Source: Minisyncoccota bacterium (GTDB taxonomy: Bacteria; Patescibacteriota; Minisyncoccia; Phycocordibacterales; UBA9973). Taken from it: a stretch of DNA of 64,000 nucleotides. A program made the position numbers and the translations under genes. This document shows positions 1 to 10,326 of this stretch, in pieces; positions within the stretch are counted from its first letter, which is position 1, and every line of letters begins with the position of its first letter. The notes beneath the pieces are model-generated. The model saw only the letters and a program-made list of their open reading frames with translations. It was not told where the DNA came from and ran no database searches. The stretch covers positions 80,189-144,188 of the forward strand of contig JAIPHX010000002.1 in assembly GCA_021734995.1 (NCBI GenBank), given 5' to 3'.

Positions 1-1
1 G

Positions 2-70
2 TTTATACAAGAAGGAGACACTGTAAGAATCAACACCGAAACTGGAGACTACGTAGAGAGAGTTTCCTAA
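2..70 (+). CDS. efp: Elongation factor P, C-terminal fragment (truncated by window edge)
   Basis: Translates FIQEGDTVRINTETGDYVERVS*, the typical EF-P C-terminus. Confidence 0.85.
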   Translation, partial: FIQEGDTVRINTETGDYVERVS

Positions 71-77
71 ATACTAC

Positions 78-111
78 AAAAAAACCTCAGGCTTTCGCTT
101 GAGGTTTTTTT
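78..111. terminator. Bidirectional intrinsic terminator between efp and rpsR
   Basis: A-tract-CCTCAGGC-TTTC-GCTTGAGG-T-tract between convergent genes. Confidence 0.8.
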
Positions 112-136
112 GTTTAAAATATTTATCAAACTGCGT

Positions 137-337
137 TTATCTAGCAACAAAAGGAAGTAAACCCAAAAAGCGAGCATTCTTCACGGCACGAGCTAGCTTG
201 CGTTGATTTTTAGACACTACACCAGTTCTTTTGTGCCCTACTATCTTACCATTTGGATTCAAAAATCTCTTTAGAATATCTATATTTTTATAATCTATAT
301 GTTTTATATTGTTTGCTGAGAAATAATCTTGTTTCAT
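137..337 (-). CDS. rpsR: 30S ribosomal protein S18
   Basis: IDYKNIDILKRF...GKI...RTG...QRKLARAVKNARFLGLLPF; rpsF-ssb-rpsR order. Confidence 0.97.
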   Translation of the reverse strand: MKQDYFSANNIKHIDYKNIDILKRFLNPNGKIVGHKRTGVVSKNQRKLARAVKNARFLGLLPFVAR

Positions 338-380
338 AATTTTACTAATTTATTTTAATTGTTTGTTTATTAAAAATTTA

Positions 381-821
381 TTAAAAAGGAATGTCTTCTG
401 GGTTGATGTCTTCTTCTGGATACTCTATGCTATCTACTTCTTCGGATTGCTTTGAAGCTCCTTGAGCAGGAGAACTTGTAGATGCTCCTCCCCCTTTTGG
501 ACCAAATTGAATTCTATCTGCGATAATCTCCGTGCGATATTTCTTTTCTCCACTAGATTTATCGTCCCAACTTCTAGTCTGCATTCTTCCTTCTACTAAG
601 ATTGAATTACCTTTTTTCATATACTGAGAGACAGTCTCAGCTTGTCTGCCAAATACCACAATATTGTGATAATCAGCGGATTCTTGTCTAGTTCCATTCT
701 TATCTTTCCAAACACGATTGGTAGCCAAGGAAAAAGAACACACCTTAATACCTGAAGGTAAAGAACGCAATTCTGGATCGCGAGTAAGGTTCCCTATTAA
801 CATTGCTTTATTTAAAAACAT
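381..821 (-). CDS. ssb: Single-stranded DNA-binding protein
   Basis: NKAMLIGNLTRDPELR OB fold; acidic tail ending EDIPF. Confidence 0.98.
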   Translation of the reverse strand: MFLNKAMLIGNLTRDPELRSLPSGIKVCSFSLATNRVWKDKNGTRQESADYHNIVVFGRQAETVSQYMKKGNSILVEGRMQTRSWDDKSSGEKKYRTEIIADRIQFGPKGGGASTSSPAQGASKQSEEVDSIEYPEEDINPEDIPF

Positions 822-863
822 ATTTTTTATAAAACGCTATCCCAGTAGCTGGTTAACTTATAA

Positions 864-1364
864 TTAAACTGCAGCATCTGCTAGTGCGTCTATTTCTTTA
901 TCTATTTCTTCTTCGTTTACTTCTACGACTTCTTTCTTTTCCTCTTTTGATCTTCTCCCCACCCCACTTCCTGCATAACGTCTGGAAACAAGGGTATTTT
1001 CACGGACAGTCTTGGTAATCAAAAATCTTATAAAGTCTTGATTTAAAGTCAAATATTTCTTTACATCTGCTATTTTAGCAGTCTCAAGCTCAAATTTTAC
1101 CCAACCAAAATATGCAGAATCAAATCTGTGACGGATATTTTTGATGGACTTAGTCATTACGTAAGCTAAAGTAATCATTTTTGGCATTTCGCTAGAAATA
1201 ATCTCAGCCCCCATATTTTCTAAGGTATTTTTCATATCCCCCAATATTCCGATAGTGTTTTCTTCTGTAAGAGTAGGCACTAAAAGATACCCTATCTCAT
1301 AGATTTGTCGGCGTTCCGAGTCTTTTTCGGAATCAATATCTTCTTCTTTTAATACATCTGACAT
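864..1364 (-). CDS. rpsF: 30S ribosomal protein S6
   Basis: YEIGYLL...LAY...FIRFLI pattern and operon context; start moved to ATG 1364 based on the upstream extended -10. Confidence 0.9.
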   Translation of the reverse strand: MSDVLKEEDIDSEKDSERRQIYEIGYLLVPTLTEENTIGILGDMKNTLENMGAEIISSEMPKMITLAYVMTKSIKNIRHRFDSAYFGWVKFELETAKIADVKKYLTLNQDFIRFLITKTVRENTLVSRRYAGSGVGRRSKEEKKEVVEVNEEEIDKEIDALADAAV

Positions 1365-1483
1365 GAACTTCATCTTAACAGAAAACTTTTAAAATGTCCA
1401 ATTTTTAAATACGTTGTATTATCAATGTTTAGTGGGGGTTTTAAAAAACCTTATTAAAAAAATAATACTATATACAGAGACAA

Positions 1484-2320
1484 TTACACACCCCATACTC
1501 TCTTGGCATTTTGAAACAAGATACGGGCAGTCTCTTTTTCAGAGAGTCCTTTTACTTCTGCAATTTTTTTGACTACTTCTTTTACATAAGAAGGCTCATT
1601 TCTCTTCCCTCTATAAGGGACAGGTGCTACATAAGGAGCATCCGTCTCTGTCATAATCATTTCAATTGGAATATTTTTTATTACCTCATCATAATCTTTA
1701 GTAAAAGTAATCACCCCTGTAAAAGATATAGTAAAACCAAAATCCACAAAAGCTTTTGCTTCTTCTACGCTTCCAGCAAAAAAATGAACATCTCCTTTTA
1801 CTTTGGCATATTCTTTTAAAATCTGTAGGGCGTCTTTGTATGCATTTACACTTTGGTCTTCTTTGTTGTTTCTGATATGCAACATAATCGGCTTCCCTAC
1901 TTCGTTTGCCAATTGAATTTGAGAGATAAAAGCATCTTTTTGTTTTTGGATTGAATCTTTTTCCAAATGAAAATAATCCAATCCACATTCTCCGATACCG
2001 ACAGTCTTTGGATCTTCTAAAAGAATACGATATGCTTCCATATCAAAAATCTCTCCACGAGAAGTAAATTCCTTCCCTCCTTCTCCGAGTTCTTTTTCGT
2101 CATGATATGAAGCTCCTGTGTGAATAGGGTGCAGTCCTATGATGGCATACACTCCTGTCTCGTATTGGTGCGCCATTTCTACTGCTTTTTTTGATGTATC
2201 TATTTGTGTTCCGACATTGATAACCCAAGTATCTGCGTCTAATGCACGCTTTATGACAGCATCTCTGTCTTCATCAAAAGCTTTAAAATTAACATGACTA
2301 TGTATATCTATGTATTTCAT
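1484..2320 (-). CDS. tatD: TatD family DNase
   Basis: IDIHSH, GLHP, GECGLDY, ETDAPY, RNEP motifs. Confidence 0.95.
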   Translation of the reverse strand: MKYIDIHSHVNFKAFDEDRDAVIKRALDADTWVINVGTQIDTSKKAVEMAHQYETGVYAIIGLHPIHTGASYHDEKELGEGGKEFTSRGEIFDMEAYRILLEDPKTVGIGECGLDYFHLEKDSIQKQKDAFISQIQLANEVGKPIMLHIRNNKEDQSVNAYKDALQILKEYAKVKGDVHFFAGSVEEAKAFVDFGFTISFTGVITFTKDYDEVIKNIPIEMIMTETDAPYVAPVPYRGKRNEPSYVKEVVKKIAEVKGLSEKETARILFQNAKRVWGV

Positions 2321-2421
2321 ACTGATCAAAATTGTAACACAAAAGATGAGTCAGTGGGAAGTTGCCAATTATTTTAAAGGATAATATATTATATATAAGG
2401 GCTAGATCCATTTTCTAGCCT

Positions 2422-2637
2422 ATGAAGATATTCTTTACCAAACATTTCAAACAAAGATTAAAAGAAAGATCTATCTCTATTTTTCAGATATACCAAATTA
2501 TAAAATATCCAGATTACAGAGAAAAAGTACACCAAGATAGAATATTACTAAGAAAACATTTTGGAAGTAGGTCAATCAATTTAATCTGCGTGATTAAAAA
2601 CAAAAAAATTATAATTATTACAACTTATTCTAAATGA
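2422..2637 (+). CDS. DUF4258-like putative RNase toxin
   Basis: FTKHFKQRLKERSI...IIITTY signature; overlaps the next gene. Confidence 0.75.
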   Translation: MKIFFTKHFKQRLKERSISIFQIYQIIKYPDYREKVHQDRILLRKHFGSRSINLICVIKNKKIIIITTYSK

Positions 2638-2834
2638 AAATAACTTACGATAAAATCGCAGACGCCCTATATATATACTTAAAAAAATCAAAGGTGTCTG
2701 AAACCATGCAAGTAAATGCAGACACTTTTATAGATATAGATAAATATGGAAAATTACTAGGAATAGAAATTCTAAATGCTTCTCATCAAATCCCAAAAGA
2801 AAAACTATTAAAAACAACCACAAGTACCATCTAG
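2634..2834 (+). CDS. DUF2283-like putative antitoxin
   Basis: MKITYDKIADALYI...GKLLGIEILNAS signature. Confidence 0.85.
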   Translation: MKITYDKIADALYIYLKKSKVSETMQVNADTFIDIDKYGKLLGIEILNASHQIPKEKLLKTTTSTI

Positions 2835-4292
2835 CTACTTCCTCAAAAACAATGGATTGGTAGGTTTTTTATTTTCTTTTATAAAAGCTTGTATCTTGTG
2901 ACTTGTCTCTGGCAACAATGGCCCAAGCAATACTGCGATATTGTATAGCTCTAAAACCATTTCAGATATCAGATTCTTCCCTTTTGCTTCATCTGTTTTA
3001 ATAAGCTTAAACGGCTCTGTGTCTTGAATCTTTTTATCTAAGACTGTAATCTTCCCCCATACATAATCCACCGCTTTTTTTAAATCAAAAGTCTCATATA
3101 TATCAAAATATTCTTTGTGATTTTGTATTATTTCATCAACTGTAGGCAAAATTATTTCTGTATCTAAATATTTTTCAGACAAAGTCAAAAGTCTAGAAGA
3201 AAGATTGCCAATTCCGTTTGAAAGCTTAGCATTGTAAGCTTCTTTAAAACGCTCTGCGGAAAAAGGACTATCTTCAAAACTTCCAACTTCTCCAAGTAAA
3301 AAATATCTCAAGGCATCTGTCCCATATTCTTCTACAATCTCTCTAGGGTCTACCACGTTCCCAAGTGTTTTAGACATCTTTACTCCACCTTGTGCTGTAA
3401 TAAATCCATTCACAATGATCTGTCTAGAATTTGGTGCTCCTACAGCCATAAGCATTGCTTGCCACATTGCAGACTGAAAACGAGTATTGTCTTTACCACA
3501 ATACTGAGTAGGATTTCCTTCTACCCAATATTTTTTGAAATCTCCATTTTCATCAGGCCAGCCAAGAGTAGAGATATAATTTGTAAGTGCATCAAACCAC
3601 ACATACATCACATGGTCTGGATCATTCGGTACAGGCACCCCCCAAGGCATTTTAGTTTTAAGACGAGAAATAGAAAAATCTTGCAGACCATTTTTGACAA
3701 AAGATTTCATTTCATTAAAACGAAATTCTGGTATCACGAAACTTGGATTTTTTTCATAAAAGTCCAAAAGTTTTTCGGCAAAATCTGAATATTTAAAAAA
3801 ATAATTTTCTTCTGATATAAGCTCAAGGGGTCTACCTGTATGATCAGGGCATTCTCCATTGTCGTCTAGCTCAGAATCAGTCTTTTCACTTTCACATCCT
3901 GTGCAATATTTTGCTTCATAATTCTTTTTGTAAATGTATCCATTTTGAGCCACTCTTTTCCAAAATTCTTGGGCTGAAGCTTGGTGTTTAGAATCAGTAG
4001 TGCGGATAAAATGAACATCTTCACTTACTCCAAACATTTTTAACTGTTCTTTAAAAACTTCAAATCCAGCATCTACAAAGGATTGTGTTTCTTGTCCTGC
4101 TTCTTTTGCTTTATTAAAAATCTTGATTCCATGCTCATCTGTACCTGTATTAAAAAACACATCATACCCCATCATTTTTTTGTATCTAGCGATTGTATCA
4201 GCTCGGACAAACTCTAAAGCATGCCCCATGTGCAGTGGTGCGTTTACATAAGGAAGTGTGGTAGTAAGATAAAAAGTTTTATTTGTAGCCAT
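2835..4292 (-). CDS. metG: Methionine--tRNA ligase (minimal form)
   Basis: HMGH, GTDEHG, YVWFDAL, KMSKT motifs. Confidence 0.97.
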   Translation of the reverse strand: MATNKTFYLTTTLPYVNAPLHMGHALEFVRADTIARYKKMMGYDVFFNTGTDEHGIKIFNKAKEAGQETQSFVDAGFEVFKEQLKMFGVSEDVHFIRTTDSKHQASAQEFWKRVAQNGYIYKKNYEAKYCTGCESEKTDSELDDNGECPDHTGRPLELISEENYFFKYSDFAEKLLDFYEKNPSFVIPEFRFNEMKSFVKNGLQDFSISRLKTKMPWGVPVPNDPDHVMYVWFDALTNYISTLGWPDENGDFKKYWVEGNPTQYCGKDNTRFQSAMWQAMLMAVGAPNSRQIIVNGFITAQGGVKMSKTLGNVVDPREIVEEYGTDALRYFLLGEVGSFEDSPFSAERFKEAYNAKLSNGIGNLSSRLLTLSEKYLDTEIILPTVDEIIQNHKEYFDIYETFDLKKAVDYVWGKITVLDKKIQDTEPFKLIKTDEAKGKNLISEMVLELYNIAVLLGPLLPETSHKIQAFIKENKKPTNPLFLRK

Positions 4293-4346
4293 ATAGAAAA
4301 ATAATATCAGTAAATCGCCTAAAAGTCATTATTTCAAAATAAAAGC

Positions 4347-4372
4347 AAAACGCCCCCTAGGGGACGTTTTTT
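4347..4372. terminator. Intrinsic terminator after M16 peptidase
   Basis: AAAACGCCCC-CTAG-GGGACGTTTT hairpin. Confidence 0.65.
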
Positions 4373-4431
4373 AATGAATACACTATTCTATAAATTTTTT
4401 AAATAAAGATCAGAATATTTTTCATGTAACA

Positions 4432-5700
4432 CTAAACCTTTAAAATTTTAAGAAATTCACCCTCGTCTTTAAATGGACCAACAATAGCTAGGTTTAACTT
4501 TGTATTTTGAAATATTTCTTTAGCTACCTTTTGCACATCTTTGTTTGTAATCATCCTCAAAGCTTTTGCTTTTTCTTCTGGTGTTCTGATTTTTTCTCTA
4601 AATAATTCTTGTTGTCCATAGAAACTTGCCAAACTACTAGAAGATTCCAAAGAAAGCTTCATATTGCCTATCAAATACTCCTGTGCTTTTTTGACTTCTT
4701 CTTCTGGTACTCCATTTTCTAATATTTTTTTACATTCTTCTAACACTACTTGGATTACTTCTTTCAACCTACCTTTATCTACCCCAGCTGATATTTGAAA
4801 AGAACCATGATCAGTAGAAGTGTCATTGTATGCATTTACATAGTACCCTACCCCCATTTCTTCCCTCAACTTTTCAAACAAACGAGAACTCATCCCTCCT
4901 CCAAGAATAGTGGAAAGTATGGTGATCGCATAATCTCTTTTATTAAATAAATCATAAGACCTAAAACCTAAAATGAAGTGAGCCTGATCAGTGTCTTTGT
5001 AATGCATTAAGACTGCCGGCTTTTGCTGGGTATCTATAGTTTTCTTTTTTGTCCCCTTTTTTGATTTTGGCATCTGCCCAAAAACTTTTTGAGCTTCTAT
5101 CAAAACATCTTTTGTTGTGACATTACCTGCTACCACAAACAGTGTAGCCTCAGGCACATAATGCAATTTTTTGTATTCAACAAAATCATCTTGTTTCATT
5201 GCTAAAATATTTTCTTTTTCTCCAAGAATACTCCACCCTGCTGGCTGATCACCATACAATAGCTTCATAAATATATCTTGCACGAAAATATTTGGCATAT
5301 CTTTGTACATATTCATTTCTTCTATGATTACTCCTTTTTCTTTTTCTATTTCTGCGACAGGTAATGTAGAATTTAAATAAATATCAGAAACAATATCAAA
5401 AATCTTCTTAAAATTTTTGGCACTAGACTTGGCATAATACCCAGTATATTCATAGCTAGTAAAAGCATTATATTGGCTACCAATAGAATCAAGCTCTCTA
5501 GATATATCTATCGCTTTGGGTCTTTTTGTCGTCCCTTTAAAAAACATATGTTCCAAAAAGTGAGAAATACCGTTTACTTTTTTGTCTTCATATTTACTAC
5601 CTGTCTCTACTAAAATCAAAACATTTGCAGTAGGATTGTCTTTCATTGGCACAGTAAGCACTCTCAAACCATTTTTTAAAGTATTTATTTTATATTTCAT
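4432..5700 (-). CDS. M16 (pitrilysin) family zinc peptidase
   Basis: HFLEH inverted zinc motif, NAFTS, GGGMSSRLF. Confidence 0.95.
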   Translation of the reverse strand: MKYKINTLKNGLRVLTVPMKDNPTANVLILVETGSKYEDKKVNGISHFLEHMFFKGTTKRPKAIDISRELDSIGSQYNAFTSYEYTGYYAKSSAKNFKKIFDIVSDIYLNSTLPVAEIEKEKGVIIEEMNMYKDMPNIFVQDIFMKLLYGDQPAGWSILGEKENILAMKQDDFVEYKKLHYVPEATLFVVAGNVTTKDVLIEAQKVFGQMPKSKKGTKKKTIDTQQKPAVLMHYKDTDQAHFILGFRSYDLFNKRDYAITILSTILGGGMSSRLFEKLREEMGVGYYVNAYNDTSTDHGSFQISAGVDKGRLKEVIQVVLEECKKILENGVPEEEVKKAQEYLIGNMKLSLESSSSLASFYGQQELFREKIRTPEEKAKALRMITNKDVQKVAKEIFQNTKLNLAIVGPFKDEGEFLKILKV

Positions 5701-5827
5701 AATTATCTATGTATACCACATTTTTATAGTTATATAAAACATCTGCAAGATTTCCATTTTCCAACAAAAAAACTAGATTTACTTTTACGACATCTTTGAG
5801 AGTGTTACTTTCTTGAAATAAACAAAA

Positions 5828-7036
5828 TTAATCTAATTTACTTTTAATATTTAGTATATTATTTTTCTGTTTTGTTAAAGTCATCAACAAATACACTGTA
5901 ACCATAAAAACTCTTCCGAATCTAGATGCTTTTTTATTTTTACGGAACTCTTCCCTATTTTCTAAATCTTTTAATTCAGGGCTAAAATAAATCTTTTTTT
6001 CTTGAAGAAAACTAATATCATCATTAATTAAAGAAATTCCATGATCAACCATTTCACGCAATAATTCATGGTTATTTTTATGCTTAAATTCCAATTCGAA
6101 ATATTTAAAAGTTTGAAGCCAATAATTATAAATATTTTCCATACCTAAAATCTCATCCCCTTCCCCAATCCCCCCAGATGAATATTTATCTAGATTTAGA
6201 TATAAATCATGGTCGGGGTCTTCTTCATCTAAATCTTCATTAAAGTCGTCAATCAAGTCCTCGTCTGGGCCTTCGTCATCTAAATCTTCATTAAAGTCGT
6301 CAATCAAGTCCTCGTCTGGGCCTTCGTCCTCCCAAAAATCATCTTCCTCCCCTTCTAAAACCCCTTGACACCACATATCATAATCAGTGTTTAAAGAAAA
6401 ATGAATATTAAAACCAAAAAGAGAATCGGGTAACATTTCTTTATGAAGTGCTTCTAAATATAATTCTCCACAATCCAATTTATTATATTTTTCCAAATTC
6501 TCTATAATAGAAAAATATCTATTATAAGAAGATTCTAGTCCTTCATTTCCTTCAGAGAATACTGATTCAAAAATATTTAATCTTTTGTATTCATCACTTA
6601 ATTTATGAAAAATTATTAAAAAATCACTTATTTCATCTATATTTTTAACACCATCCATAAAATCATTTACACCAAAAAAAACATCCAGTAAAGATTGGAA
6701 AACATTCTTTAAAAAGAATGAGGTGTCATTATCCAAATTATCTTTATTAAAAGTTCTTAAAAAATCTACATACTTTTTCATATCTTTAACAACAAAATGT
6801 TTCTTTTTTATTATCGTATCAAAGAATTTTATTTCATCTAATTCTAGATTAATAGTTAAACCAATATCTTCAAAAGCTTTTTCAAGCTCAAAAATGTCAA
6901 CATTAATAACTGTATTTACTTTAATTAAAGTTTCTTGAAAGAAAGAATTAAATAATTTAATTCTTTCTTTCAAGTCTAATTTTTTTATTTCAGATGGGCC
7001 TTGAAAATTATTTTGTTCTAAGGGATTATTATCCAT
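5828..7036 (-). CDS. Hypothetical acidic protein with internal tandem repeat
   Basis: 402-aa ORF in series with neighbours; no recognised domain. Confidence 0.7.
   Translation of the reverse strand: MDNNPLEQNNFQGPSEIKKLDLKERIKLFNSFFQETLIKVNTVINVDIFELEKAFEDIGLTINLELDEIKFFDTIIKKKHFVVKDMKKYVDFLRTFNKDNLDNDTSFFLKNVFQSLLDVFFGVNDFMDGVKNIDEISDFLIIFHKLSDEYKRLNIFESVFSEGNEGLESSYNRYFSIIENLEKYNKLDCGELYLEALHKEMLPDSLFGFNIHFSLNTDYDMWCQGVLEGEEDDFWEDEGPDEDLIDDFNEDLDDEGPDEDLIDDFNEDLDEEDPDHDLYLNLDKYSSGGIGEGDEILGMENIYNYWLQTFKYFELEFKHKNNHELLREMVDHGISLINDDISFLQEKKIYFSPELKDLENREEFRKNKKASRFGRVFMVTVYLLMTLTKQKNNILNIKSKLD
6225..6328. repeat. Perfect 2x 51-bp tandem repeat (17-aa acidic unit DEGPDEDLIDDFNEDLD)
   Basis: Identical units starting at 6225 and 6276. 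Confidence 0.95.
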
Positions 7037-7052
7037 AAATTTTTTAAAATTA

Positions 7053-8363
7053 TTACAACCTCTCTTTTATATATTCTTCTAAATCTGCAACTTTTACTCT
7101 CTCCTGCTCTCCTGTATCTCTGTCTCGGACGGTCACCGCATCATCAGAAAGAGTATCAAAATCCACTACTATACACCAAGGAGTACCTATCTCATCTTGT
7201 CTGCGATATCTTTTTCCAATATTTCCATTGTCATCCCATGCTACCCTTCCAAAAATTTCTTTTAGTGGGGCAAAGACTTTTACATTTGCATACTCTACCA
7301 ACTCTGGCTTGTTTTTTAGTAAAGGAGAAACTGCACAAATGATAGGAGCGATACTAGGCTTAAGCTTCAAATATGCTCGGATATCTCCATCTTTATCTTC
7401 TTCTGTATAGGCAGAAGCAAGCAAAGCAATTACTGTCCTGTCTACCCCAAAAGATGGCTCTATCACATGAGGCACCATTTTTTCACCTTTTTCTTCATCT
7501 ATATATTCCAAACCATGACTGTTTAAATCAAAATCAGTCCTATATGCTAAGCCATACAGTTCTTTGCGACCAAAAGGAAAATCAAATTCAAAATCTATAG
7601 TTCGTTTGGAATAGTGAGCTCTATCCTCTTCTGACACCTCAAGCTCATGTATCTTACCCATATCTATCCCTATCTCTTCAATCCATTCAAGCATTTCATC
7701 TCTGAAATATTCAAAATACTTTTCCCATTCATCAGCTCGGACAAAATATTCTATTTCCATTTGTTCAAACTCCCTTGTTCTAAATACAAAATCTCTTGGA
7801 GTAATCTCATTCCTAAAAGCTTTCCCAATCTGTGCCATTCCAAAAGGAAGCTTTGGATGAAAAGCATCCACTGTATTTTTGAAATTCACAAATATTCCTT
7901 GTGCAGTCTCAGGACGCAAATATGAAGTAGCTGAAGAATCTTCTACTGCTCCTATTTTTGTAGCAAACATCATGTTAAATTGCTTGGGAGTACTGAGAAG
8001 CTCTTCATCTTCTGGGCAATGTTGAAATCCATCATCCGAAATCTGTATATGATCTTCTCTGTATCTATTTTTACATTTTGGACATTCTACCATTGGATCT
8101 GAAAAATGATCTACATGACCTGTTGCTTGCCACACTTCTTGACGCATCAAGATAGATGCATCCATTCCATACATATCTCTACGATTTTCCACAAAATTTT
8201 TCCACCAAGAATTTTTAATATTATTCTTCAAAGCTACTCCTAGATGAGCATAATCCCAAGCCCCAGCAAGCCCTCCATATATTTCAGATCCTTGAAATAT
8301 AAATCCTCTCCTTTTACATAGAGATATTATTTTTTCCATCAATTCTTTTTGTGTATTTTCCAT
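7053..8363 (-). CDS. glyQS: Glycine--tRNA ligase (alpha2 type)
   Basis: LRPETAQGIF, FRNEITPR, REFEQMEIE, IEPSFG, GKRYRRQDEIGTP. Confidence 0.97.
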   Translation of the reverse strand: MENTQKELMEKIISLCKRRGFIFQGSEIYGGLAGAWDYAHLGVALKNNIKNSWWKNFVENRRDMYGMDASILMRQEVWQATGHVDHFSDPMVECPKCKNRYREDHIQISDDGFQHCPEDEELLSTPKQFNMMFATKIGAVEDSSATSYLRPETAQGIFVNFKNTVDAFHPKLPFGMAQIGKAFRNEITPRDFVFRTREFEQMEIEYFVRADEWEKYFEYFRDEMLEWIEEIGIDMGKIHELEVSEEDRAHYSKRTIDFEFDFPFGRKELYGLAYRTDFDLNSHGLEYIDEEKGEKMVPHVIEPSFGVDRTVIALLASAYTEEDKDGDIRAYLKLKPSIAPIICAVSPLLKNKPELVEYANVKVFAPLKEIFGRVAWDDNGNIGKRYRRQDEIGTPWCIVVDFDTLSDDAVTVRDRDTGEQERVKVADLEEYIKERL

Positions 8364-8367
8364 ATAT

Positions 8368-10296
8368 TTATTGTATCACCCTATCTCCTGTAGGGGGGAA
8401 AGAAGGATCATTGGATAATCTAGTATTTAAAGAAGACTTATTGATCCTTACTCCTACATTAGCAAAATCATCCTGTCCCGTAAAGATGGTATCATTTATC
8501 AATGTTGGTGGTGTCCCAAGCTGGGAAAGTGATGGTAAAAGTTCTATCTGAAAACTAACCTCCCTACTTGAGCCCGTCACGCCAATTCCGCGCATCAATG
8601 TTCCAATATTCCAAACTATTTCTTTAGTAGAAGGATTGTAACTCAAGTCTTCAGATGGTGGAGAAACTGGGCCTACAAAGCTAGCCCAAGGAGGAAGTGA
8701 TGTTTTTACTTGAGCTCGTGAGATATTGTTGGCAGTATTGGATAGAGACCACACCACAGTATATGTAGTCTTTTGTTCTACTCTTGGTGGAATAGGACCA
8801 GAATTTTTAAATGCTCCAGAATAATATAATATTTTTGATACAAATCCTGCTTCGGTTATAATACGAATATTTTTTGATTCAGAGTTTTTTAGTTCATTTA
8901 TAGCATAACCATCAGAAGCTTGCCTACCTGCAATAGATACTTCTATGTTTATAGATGGATCAGACAATATACCATTTGTTCCACCAAGCAATGCTAATGG
9001 AGAAAGAGAGAAGCTAACATATCCAGATTTTCCAGGAGGTATGTCAGCAAACTCTTTTAGAGAATTTTTATCCCATACAATAGTATCTTGGGCAGAATTA
9101 TAAAAACCATCTTTCACTTCAATTTTTGATTCGTCTAAAGCATTTCCAGAAAGCTTGGCTCTTATCTGCATATCTGAAATTTTTGTATCCATATTGTTTA
9201 CCCATTTTATTTCTCCTTGTAATTTTGACTTAGTATCTACCGCATATTCATTCTGATAAACACCATTTATAAAAAGATTGGCTGCGATGAACGGCTTTTT
9301 AACAAACACTGTATGGCTTAGGGAATTAAAGACAGTGCCTATCTCAGTCTTGTCTACTAGATTTTCAGAACCACTCCAAACTTTAAAGTTCTTTTCTTCC
9401 CCATCATAAACATCCACCATCTTACCAGTCAAAGTGATTTCTTTTTCTCCTCCTGGAGGTAAATCTCCTAAATTCCAAATATTATTACCAATCACAGGAG
9501 AGGGTCTTGCTGATTGGAATTGAAAACCTACAGGATAGTCTATTTTTATAATCATTCTCTGCACAGATCTTGTCGCATTAAGTTGTGCTTTTATTCTCAA
9601 GGAAATATCTTGATTTGGACTAATCTCCTTTGGTCCTTCTACTAAAATATTTACTGGAGTAGAGCTAATAGACACTTCATATGGTTTTTCTTTTACAAAG
9701 ATAGCATTAGAACCTGCTACTCTATATTCAAGTAAAAATTTAATAGGTTTAATACTTCCCTGTTCTCCAAAAAGCACTACTTTTATATTCTCATTTTTTA
9801 CTCCACCAGAAGGAATACTTCCTAAAGAAACACGCAATTTTTCTGTATCTTTATTAAGGTCAGAAGAAGCACTTCTTGGATATTCCACAAGCAAATCAGC
9901 CAACTCTAGAGCAGAGGTGTTGCGATTGATAATTTCTATTTGAAGAGGCAATTCCTCCCCTCCTCCTGTGAAAGCATTACCCAGCACGGATATTTCAATA
10001 TTTTCATTTGAAATAGTATTTCCTTTTCCAACAAAGTTATAAAAGGCAAAAACAGAAGCAAGTACAAAAAATATTATTGAAAATATAAAGAATTTTTTAA
10101 AGATTGAAGTTTGCATAAATATTTTTTCTGGCAAAAGAAATTTTTTATCTTCTTTATCCCAAGTATCCGAAACTTTATGCTCCAAACTATCATGATGAAA
10201 TTTCATATCACTACGAATTTTCATTTCATAATTTTTACTGTAAAGTTTGGTTTTTAAATCTTCAAGTCTGTTCAGTTTTTCTGAGTCTCGCGCCAT
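8368..10296 (-). CDS. Membrane-anchored extracellular beta-rich protein (Ig-like/DUF11-like)
   Basis: Single N-terminal TM helix then beta-rich segments (IWNLGDL, IVWNIGTL). Confidence 0.75.
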   Translation of the reverse strand: MARDSEKLNRLEDLKTKLYSKNYEMKIRSDMKFHHDSLEHKVSDTWDKEDKKFLLPEKIFMQTSIFKKFFIFSIIFFVLASVFAFYNFVGKGNTISNENIEISVLGNAFTGGGEELPLQIEIINRNTSALELADLLVEYPRSASSDLNKDTEKLRVSLGSIPSGGVKNENIKVVLFGEQGSIKPIKFLLEYRVAGSNAIFVKEKPYEVSISSTPVNILVEGPKEISPNQDISLRIKAQLNATRSVQRMIIKIDYPVGFQFQSARPSPVIGNNIWNLGDLPPGGEKEITLTGKMVDVYDGEEKNFKVWSGSENLVDKTEIGTVFNSLSHTVFVKKPFIAANLFINGVYQNEYAVDTKSKLQGEIKWVNNMDTKISDMQIRAKLSGNALDESKIEVKDGFYNSAQDTIVWDKNSLKEFADIPPGKSGYVSFSLSPLALLGGTNGILSDPSINIEVSIAGRQASDGYAINELKNSESKNIRIITEAGFVSKILYYSGAFKNSGPIPPRVEQKTTYTVVWSLSNTANNISRAQVKTSLPPWASFVGPVSPPSEDLSYNPSTKEIVWNIGTLMRGIGVTGSSREVSFQIELLPSLSQLGTPPTLINDTIFTGQDDFANVGVRINKSSLNTRLSNDPSFPPTGDRVIQ

Positions 10297-10326
10297 ATTT
10301 TTTTATTATATCATATCTTAAGACAA

